Of a DNA stretch of 59,520 nt, positions 50,600 through 59,520 are shown one piece after another; the first letter of the stretch is position 1, and each line of letters begins with the position of its first letter. Position numbers and translations under genes: made by a program. The stretch spans positions 5,796,936-5,856,455 of the forward strand of contig NC_057759.1 in NCBI RefSeq assembly GCF_004010195.1. The letters are read 5' to 3'. Below the pieces are notes generated by a model. The model was given only the letters and a program-made list of their open reading frames with translations, did no database searches and was not told the origin of the DNA. This stretch comes from Chiloscyllium plagiosum (taxonomy: Eukaryota).

Positions 50600-53500
50600 G
50601 GACCATAAAACCATAAGGCATAGGAGCTGAAATTAGGCCATTCAGCCCATCAAGTCTGCTCTGTCATTCAATCATGGCTGATAAGTTTCTCAATCCCATT
50701 CTCCTGCTTTCTCCCCCATAATCCTTGATTTCCTGAAGAACCTATCCATCTCAGTATTAAATATACTCAATGATCTGGCCTCCACAGCCTTCCGGGGCAA
50801 TGAATTCTGTAGATTCACCAATCTCTGGCCAAAGATATTTCTCCTTATCTCCATTCTAAAAGGTCTTCCCTTGACCCTTATCTTACTCAGCAACCTCTTG
50901 TGTGGCACCTTGTCAAAGGCCTTCTTGAAATCCTGGGAGATAACATCCATTGGCTCACCTTGGTGTAACCTGCTTGTTACTTCCTCAAAGAATTCTAGCA
51001 GATTCCTCAGGCATTACCTCCCCTTGATGAAACCATGCTGACTTTGCCATATTGTACCATATCCTTTCAAGTATTCAGAAATCTCATCCTTCACAATGGA
51101 TTCCAGGTTAGGCTAATCAGGTCTGTAATTTTCCATCTTTTGCCTTACCCCCTTTTTAAACAGGGGTGTCACATTAACAATTCTCCAGTCCTCTGGGACT
51201 CTTTCTGATTCTAGAGATTCCTAAAAGTTCACCACTAATGCTTCAGCTATCTCACTTAGAACTCTGGGGTGTACTCCATCTAGTCCACTTTCAGGCCATT
51301 CCATTTTTCTAGCACCTTCTCCTTGGCGATGGCCAACTTACTTGGCTCTGCTCCCTCACTCTCTTGAATTTTTGGGATATTACTCATTTCTTCCACCATG
51401 AAGACTGATGCAAAGTAATTATTCAGTTGCTAGCCATTTCTTTGTTTTCCACTACTATCTCTTCAGCATCATTTTCCAGCAGCCCAATGTCCAAGTTTGT
51501 CTCTTTTTTGCCCTTTATATTACTGCCTAACTTACCCTCATATTTAATCCTCTCCCTCCTTATTTCGTTTTTTATTGCCCTCTGTTGGTCTTTGTAAGCT
51601 TCCCAATCCTCTGGTTTCCCACTGCCCTTTGCCACATTATATGCTTCCTCTTTTCCTTTTATGCTATCCCTGACTTCCCTAGTCAGCAATGGTTGCCTCA
51701 TCCTCCCTGTACCATGCTTCTTTTATCTCAGGATGAATCTCTGTTGTGTCTCCTGAATTATTCCCAGAAACTCCTGCCATTGCTGTTCCACTGTCTTTCC
51801 TGCTGGGCTCCTCTCCCAGTCAATTCTATCCAGCTACTCCCTCATGCCTCTGTATTTGCCTTTATTCAGCTGTAATACCGTTACCCCTGATTCTATCTTC
51901 TCCCTCTCAAATTGCAGAGTAAATTCAATCATATTATGATCACTGCCTCCTCAGGATTCCTTCACCTTAAGCTCCCTTATCAAGTCTGCCTCATTGCACA
52001 AAACTAAATCCAGAATTGCCTGTTCCCTATGGGCGCCACACAAGCTGCTCCAAACAGCCATCTCGTAGACATTCCACAAATTCTTTTTCTTGCGAACCAC
52101 TACTAACCCGATTTTTCCAGTTCACCTGCATATTGAAATCCCCGATGATTACTGTAGCTTTCCCTTTCCTATACATCTATTCTATCTCCTGGTGTATCTT
52201 GCACCCCAGCTCCTGACAACTGTTTGGAGGCCTGTACATTATTCCAACTATGTTTTATTTTATCTTTGCAGTTCCTCAATTCTACCCACACAGATTCTAC
52301 ACCATCTGACCCTACTTCATTTCTTACTATTGATTTAATTTAATTCCTTATTAATAAGGCAACCCCATCCCCTCTGCCCATTTGCTTATCTTTTTGATAG
52401 GATGTATATCTTTGAATAGTTAGCTCTCTTGCAGAATATGTCTCTGTGATGCCCACCACATCATATCTGCCAATTTCGATCTGTGCCAAGAGCTCATTTT
52501 TACCTTATTCCTTATACTGCGTGCATTCAGATATAACACTTTCATCCCTCTTCTCATTATCATTCATTTGTCCAGTGTGCTTAAAGTTTGATTGCTAACC
52601 CTTTCCATACCCTCTGTCATATTTGTGTCTGTGCTGGAGATTTTAATAACCTCTCCTGTGTTCTGCACTCTTACCTCCTCCTTTAATTTGGGTTTTCTAA
52701 TTTCTCTAATTTCCCCCATCACTGAACCATCCCCCCCAACCCCACCACCAACCCCATTTAGTTAAAGCCCTGCATATAGCTGGAGTTATGCTATTCATTA
52801 GGACTCTGGTCCCAGCATGGTTCAGATGAAAACTGTCCCATCAGAACAGGTCCCTTCTTCCCCAGTACTGGTGCCAATGTCCCATGAGTTCAAACCCATT
52901 TCTCTCAAACCAATCTTTGAGCCAACCATTTACCTGCTTATTCTTATTGACCCTGTGCCAATTAGCTCTTGGCTCAGGTAGTAATCCATAGATTATCATA
53001 TTCTTGGTTTACTTTCTAATTTAGCTCCTAGCTGTTCATACTCCCTTAGCAGAACCTCTGCCCTAGTTTTATCTATGCCATTACATATGTGGGAGCACGA
53101 CCACTGGATCTTTACCCTCTCACTCCAAGTTCCTCTGTAGTCCAGATGAGCTATCCCAAACCCGAGCACCAGGCAGAAACACAACATTTGGTACTTTCAA
53201 TCCTGGTCACAGAGAACAGTGTCTATGCCTATAGCTATACTATCCGCATTTACAACAACATTTCTCTTCTCCAGTCTCCACCACCATCTTGAATGGTTTC
53301 CTGCATCATGGTGCTGCTGTCAGTCGGCTCATTCTCCCTGCAGTTCCCATTCCCATCCACACAAAGACCAAAGCTCTTGAACAACAGGTGGAGCTGAGGC
53401 TCCTGCACCCTTCTCTCCCTCCTGGATCCCTCTACCTGTCTCACTGTCAGCCTGTCCCTGACCACTGGCTGAATTCGAGCTAGTCTAAGGGGTATGACTG

Positions 53501-53930
53501 TCTCCTGAAACACAGCGTCCAGGTAACTTTCCAGCTCCCTCATGTGTCGCAGTGTTTGAAGCTCAGATTCCAGCTCATCGACTCTGAGCTGGAGTTCTTC
53601 CAGCAATCAACAGTTACTGCAGACATGGTCAGTGGGAACCACAATGGTGTCCACCACCTTCCACATACAGAAACAAAACATCACCCGATCATCATCCTTA
53701 TTTTACTTAATTAGTTTTTTAAATTTTTTTAACTGTTTTTGTATTGCTGTTTATGCAATTGTAACTAGTAAGTAAGTTGCAACCAATAAATTAACAAGAT
53801 TCAATTTAATACAAATCCGAAGTTAGCAGACCCCTTAGTGGCCAATCAAATCACAGCCCTACTGCGACATTACTCTTCAGTTTCCCCCTCAGAATCAGAA
53901 TCTCTTACCTTCCCAGGTTGCTCTCTGTTC
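50600..53930 (-). mobile_element. CR1 LINE retaining its 5' end/ORF1, internally deleted
   Basis: ORF1-like coiled coil LEELQLRVDELESELQTLRHMRELESYLD; RT remnant DFKKAFDKVPHKRLL fused directly to the C-terminal segment; 3' tail near 50605. Confidence 0.85.
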
Positions 53931-54646
53931 ACTCCCGCTCAGCTCTGGTCCCGAAGTTTCGGAGTGCTGCCCCTTCATGAGGTGAAGTGAAAGAGAAGCA
54001 GACACACACAGAATTTATAGGCAGAGAGATCAAAATATCATACCAATGGTGTGGCTGTAGTGTCGGCAGGGACAGGCCAAATAATAAGTCTCTGCAGGTG
54101 ATCAAGAGTTTCAGGCGGTGTGAGTAAAGGGCCAATAGCTGAATAACTCTCGAAGGGGATGACCTATAATCCGATTAAATGAGACAGAGAGATAATTACA
54201 AAAAATTAAAAATAAGGTGGTGATGGAAACAAGCCAAAATACTGTAATGACAGTACAGTACAGTACAGTATAGAATAACATACTTACCATGTTATTCCAG
54301 TCATTTGGTTTGTCTCCAGCGCCACATAGTTTTTAATTCTTTATAATTATCTCTCTCCTTTACGAATACTGATACAAAGTATCTCACCCACTTTCTCTGG
54401 CTCTTCACAAAAATTCCCTCCTTTGTTCTTCAGTAGACTTACCTTTTATCTCGTTATACCTCTGCTCCTTATTTATGTATAAAATGCCCTGGGATTTTCC
54501 ATAATTCTGTTCGCCAGGAACCTGCCATGGTCCTTTTTCACCCTCTTTACTCATTGTTTAAGTTCCTTCCTGCAATCATTATCTCCTTCAAGGGCTCAGT
54601 CTGTATTCAGTTTCCTAAACGTTATGTATGATTCCTTTTTCTTTTT

Positions 54647-54739
54647 CTAGATTGGAATGGTGCTGGAAAAGCACAGCAGGTCAGGCAGCATCCGAGGAGC
54701 AGGAAAATCAACGTTTTGGGCAAAAGCCCTTCATCAGGA
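54647..54739 (-). mobile_element. 93-bp solo PLE terminus with a 12-bp TSD, inside a CR1 remnant (~54360-55400, minus)
   Basis: TSD ctttttcttttt at 54635-54646 and 54740-54751; hammerhead core with GAAA>AAAA. Confidence 0.7.
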
Positions 54740-55439
54740 CTTTTTCTTTTTGACTAAGCACACAATTTCTTTTGTCATTCAAGATTCTTAAAACTTACCA
54801 TCCTTATCTTTCATTTTCATAGGAAGAAGCTGTTCCTGAACTCTAATCAACTGGCTTTTAAAAAAATCCCACATGATAGGTGTGGATTTACCCAAACAAC
54901 CACCTCCAACCTACATCCCCCAGGTCCTGCCCAATATTGTCATATTAAGCCTTCCGCCTACTTTAATACTTTCACCTTAGGACCTGGGTTCCCCAGTTGG
55001 ACTATGCTTCAAGAAATCATCCTGGGTGCGCCGAACAAATTCCCCCCATCCAACCCCTGGCACTAAAGAAGTCCCAGTCAATATTGGGGAAGTTAAAATC
55101 ATCCACCAAAACAACCCTGTTGTTTTTTTACATTTTTCTATAATCTCTCTACATCTCTGTTCCTCTATCACCCATTTGCTGTTGGAAGGCCCATTGTACA
55201 ATCCCATCAAAGTGATTGTACCCTTCCAATTCCTGAGGTGTCCTCTCTCAATACAGCTGGGATAATCTCCCTTATTAAAAAATGTAACACCTCACCTCTT
55301 TTACGTTCTTCTCTACCTTGCCTGAAAAATCTAAATCCCAGAATGTAAAGCCGCCACTCTTGTCCCGTTCTGAAGCAAGTCTCTGCAGTAGATGCAATGT
55401 CAAAGTTACCTCAAGATTTCTAGCTCGAGTGCTGGTTGC

Positions 55440-56945
55440 TATAGTTGTGGGTATGTTCTCCGAGCTGGGAAGTTGATTTGCAGACATTTTGTCCTCTGTC
55501 TGGGTGGCGTCTTCAGTGCTTTGGAGCCTCCTGTGAAGTGCTGCTGTACTGTGCATTCTGGAATTTATTTGGTTCTGTTTCTGCTGCTTCTGGTTGTTTG
55601 TTGCAGTGGCTGGTATATGGGATGTAGGGCAACGTGCTTGTTGATGAAGTCTGTGGGTGAGTGCCCTGCTTCTCGCAATTCTCTGGCTGTCCTCTGTTGA
55701 GCTTGTCCAATGTTCATTGTGTTGTCCAAGTCGAATTTGTGGTCCTTTTCATCTGTGTCTATGGCTACTTGGGACAGCTGGTCGTGGCATTTAATGGTTA
55801 GTTGGTATTCATGGATGGAGATTGCTAGTTCATAGAATCCCTACAGTGTGGGAACCCCCGACCCTTCGGCCCAACAAGCCCATACTGGCCCTCCGAAGAG
55901 TAACGCACCCAGATCCATTCCCCAACCCTACCCTACATTTACTCTGACTAATGCACCTAACCTACACAACCTAACCAGGTGAATTGGCCATGCAAAATTG
56001 CCCGTAGTGTTAGGTAAGGGGTAAATGTAGGGGTATGGGTGGGTTACGCTTCGGCGGGTCGGTGTGGACTTGTTGGGCCGAAGGGCCTGTTTCCACACTG
56101 TAATGTAATGTAATCTAATCACTATGGGACAACTTAGGTATGGCCAATTCACCTAACCTGCATATCTTTGGACTGTGGGAGGAAACCAGATCACCTGGAG
56201 GAAACCCACGCAGACTCGGGGAGAATATGCAAACTTCACACAGGCAGTCGCCTGAGGTTGGAATCAAACCTGGGTACTGGCACTAAGAGGCAGCAGTGCT
56301 AATCACTGGGTCACCGTGCCACACTATGTCTGCCTGTTTGTCCTACACAGTGTTTAGTGCAGTCTTTGCATGGAATCGTGTAAATTACGTTACTCTTGCA
56401 CATGATGGGTGTGGGGTCTTTTGTCCTGGTAAGGTGTTGAATGAGTGCAGCTGTCAGTTTATGAGCTGTCATGAATCCCAGTGTTCAGAGAAGTCTGGCT
56501 GTCAGATCCGAGACATGTTTTATGTAAGGTAACATTGCTAGTGAGTTAGATTGAGGCATGTCCTCGTCACGTTGTTTGTCTGTTAAGCATCTGTGGATGA
56601 AATTGCAGGGATATCTGTCCTTGGTGAATACTCTGTAGAAGTGTTCTTCTTGTTCCCTTTGTAGGTTGGGAGTGCTGTAGTGTGTTGTAGCCCTTTTGAA
56701 CAGTGCAGCATCTCTTGTGTGTATTCGGGTGATTGCTGTTGCACATTGACCCGGACCCAATATATTGGCCAGTACAAAAAACACTTCCGGAACTGCCGAC
56801 CAGAAGCAGCAGGAATGGAACCAAATAAATTCCAGAAGACACAGTACAGCAGTGCTTCACAGGAGCACTGGAGATGTCAGCTAGACAGAGGGAAGAAACA
56901 TCTGTAAATCAACTTCCCAGCTCGGTGAACACACCCGCAATCACA
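55440..56945 (-). mobile_element. Penelope-like element with inverted terminal repeat; nested SINEs at ~55832-56322
   Basis: RT C-terminal and GIY-YIG remnants (LFKRATTHYST, LPYIKHVSDLTARLL, HCVGQT, GQAQQRTARELREA); ~55445-55640 is inverted at ~56741-56945. Confidence 0.85.
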
Positions 56946-57029
56946 ATCAAAGTAATTTGTATTAATCCAAGCTGTCATATTCCTCACCTTGAAACAAATA
57001 CACTTCAGATTCCCAGTCACGGGAATCTG

Positions 57030-57337
57030 AGGCGGCATGGTGGCACAGTGGTTAGCACTGCTGCCTCACAGCACCAGAGACCTGGGTTCAATTCCCGCTT
57101 CAGGCGACTGACTGTGTGGAGTTTGCATGTTCTCCCCGTGTCTGTGTGGGTTTCCTCCGGGTGTTCCGGTTTCCTCCCACCATCCAAAGATGTGCAGGGT
57201 CAGGCCATACTAAATTGCCTGTAGTGTTAAGTAAGGGGTAAATGTAGGGGTAGGGATGGGTTTCGCTTCGGCGGGTCGGTGTGGACTTGTTGGGCCGAGG
57301 GGCCTGTTTCCACACTGTAATCTAATCTAATCTAATC
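57030..57337 (+). mobile_element. HE1-type SINE, full length
   Basis: A/B boxes, core, (TAATC)n tail. Confidence 0.93.
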
Positions 57338-57659
57338 ACGGTATCGTCTCCCTTTCTATTCTTCCTCTTAGCCTGACTGACTTTAATCTCTAACTCTCAG
57401 TCATTGTACCTGTTGACCATTTTCCTACGACACGAATTTAAATTCTCCTGAGTGACACAAGGAAATCTCCCTGGAGTTTCGACATTTGAATTTCCAATTC
57501 TGATCCATTCTTTAATCATTCTCACTCTTTCCATTCCCCAATTCTTTCACGTCTGTAAATATGTTTGTGTTCTGACAGAGCTTATGCCCACAGTATGGCT
57601 TTAATATAAAACACAACACACTCTCATTAATCTTTCCTCCTGTCTGGAGTACTCATTAC

Positions 57660-59180
57660 CTAACTACATAGAACATAGCACAGTACAGCACAACAGCATG
57701 CCTTCAGCCCACATGTCTGTGCTGACCTTGACGCCATTTTAAATGAATACCAAGTGCCTGCACATCGTTCATATCCCTCTATTCCCGAAGTGTTCATGTG
57801 TTTGTCTAAATGCCTCCTAAACATTGCTACCATATCAACTTCTACCATCTCCCCTGCCAGCATGACCCAGGCACATACCTCCCTCGTATGTAAAAAACTT
57901 GCCTCGCACATCTCCTTTAAACTTTCTCCCTCGCACCTTAAACCTATGTCTCCCAGTACTTGACATTTTCACAATGGGAATGAAGACTCCAACTACCCAT
58001 CCTCTCCATGCCTCTTATAATTGTATATATATCTATCAGGTCATTCTTCAGCCTCTGATGCTCTAGCAAAAACAATCCAAGTTTGTCCAAGCTGTCCTTA
58101 TAGCTAATACACCCCATTCCAGGCAACATCCTGATAAAGCTCTTTTGCATCCTTTCCAAAGCCTCCACATCCTTCCTATAACAAGGCGACCAGAACTGTA
58201 CACAATACCCCAAATGTGGCCTAACTGAAGTTGCAAACAGCTGTAACATAACTTTCCTACTTTTATACTCAAGGAGCCTACAACCACATGGCCTCAATAT
58301 TGAATTCACCAGTTTCCAAATTTCCCCTCCCCCAACCCCAGCCCAGATACAACCCTCTGACTCTGCACCACCTTCTTGACCTGACCCTACCTGTCCAGCT
58401 TCCTTCCCTCCTGTCCGCTACACCTTTCCCACCGACCAATCACCATAACCTCCTATCTGCATCGACCCATTGCCATCCCACCTAACATTCCCCTAGCCCC
58501 AGCCCCCCTCCTCCTATTTATTTCTCAGCCCCCTTCCCCCTCCCCAGTCATGATGAAGAGTCCTGCCCGCAACATCAACCCTCTTGCTCCTCAGATGCTG
58601 CCTGACCTGTTGTGCTTTTCCAACAGCACACTTCATCGTCCTCACTATCTCCAAGCATGCCTATTTAACCACCTTATCCACTGATGTTGCTACTTTCAGA
58701 GAGCTGTGGTTCCTATATGCCGAGTTCCCTCTGAATGTTAATGCTTCTGAGGGTTCTGCCATTCACTGTTTCTTTCTTCCTGTTTATAACCTTCCAAAAT
58801 GCATCACCTCTTATTTGTACAGATTAAATTCCATCTGTCATTTCTCTGCGTATATCCTGCTGTAACTTTTGGCAATCCTTCTTATTATCTGCAGCTCCCC
58901 CAATCTGTGTGCTGTCTCCAAACTTACTTATCATGCCACCTACGTTCTCCTCCAAATCTATTGCATATATTACAAGCAGGAGTTCCAGCATTGATTCCTG
59001 TGGAATGTCACTAGTCACAGATCTCCAGTCAGAAACACACCGTTCTATCACTACTCTGTGCTTTCTATGACCATTTCTGTATCCAACTTACTAGCCCACC
59101 ATGGATCCCATGTGATGTAACCTTTTGCATCAGCTGACTGTGAAAGGCCTTGTCAAATGCTTTGGTAAAGTCCATGGAGA
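57660..59180 (-). mobile_element. CR1 LINE 3' half with a PLE fragment at ~58285-58650
   Basis: VRPHLGYCVQFWSPCYRKDVEALERMQ, IPQESMLELLL, DFTKAFDK. Confidence 0.85.
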
Positions 59181-59184
59181 CAAA

Positions 59185-59520
59185 ATAGAACATAGAACAT
59201 AGAACAGGACAGCACAGAACAGGCCCTTCGGCCCACGATATTGTGCCGAACATTTGTCCTTGCTTAAGCACCCATCCATGTACCTATCCAATTGCCGCTT
59301 AAAGGTCACCAAAGATTCTGACTCTACCACTCCCACAGGCAGCGCATTCCATGCCCCCACTACTCTCTGGGTAAAGAACCCACCCCTGACATCTCCCCTA
59401 TACCTTCCACCCTTCACCTTAAATTTATGTCCCCGTGTAACACTCTGTTGTACCCGGGGAAAAAGTTTCTGACTGTCTACTCTATCTATTCCTCTGATCA
59501 TCTCATAAACCTCTATCAAG
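59185..59520 (-). mobile_element. Young CR1 LINE 3' end (continues beyond the window)
   Basis: Clean frame IRGIDRVDSQKLFPRV...FFTQRVVGAWNALP; (TTCTATG)n tail. Confidence 0.9.

Noticed and set aside
46777..59520. Next cyclase exon (expected IHIS/IQLS-like motif)
   Set aside because: Candidate acceptors near 47385, 47534 and 48183 give no cyclase-like peptide. The exon probably lies beyond the window or was missed.

Overview
Repeat-dense vertebrate genomic DNA. The HE1-type tRNA-derived SINEs, CR1-clade LINEs and Penelope-like elements (PLEs) point to a cartilaginous fish (shark); this is an inference. There are four N gaps: 748-1247, 15325-15328, 18130-18447 and 31993-32492. Host genes found: (1) an intact two-exon GPR139-like class A GPCR on the minus strand (29676-29580 joined to 21254-20350, 333 aa); (2) a degenerate orphan copy of its exon 1 and upstream flank at ~5.8-6.1 kb; (3) three plus-strand exons (36288-36434, 39714-39870, 46667-46776) encoding most of a guanylyl cyclase catalytic domain resembling the insect atypical, O2-regulated Gyc-88E. 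This cyclase keeps both metal-binding Asp but has lost the Cys/Asn/Arg half-site, which suggests an obligate heterodimer subunit. The rest is nested LINE/SINE/PLE sequence, microsatellites and minisatellites. Many PLE termini carry minimal hammerhead ribozyme cores (CTGAnGA-stem-GAAACGTC), some in tandem or inverted, TSD-flanked mini-elements. Most ORFs in the supplied track are repeat-derived. Repeat boundaries are approximate and were read by eye.
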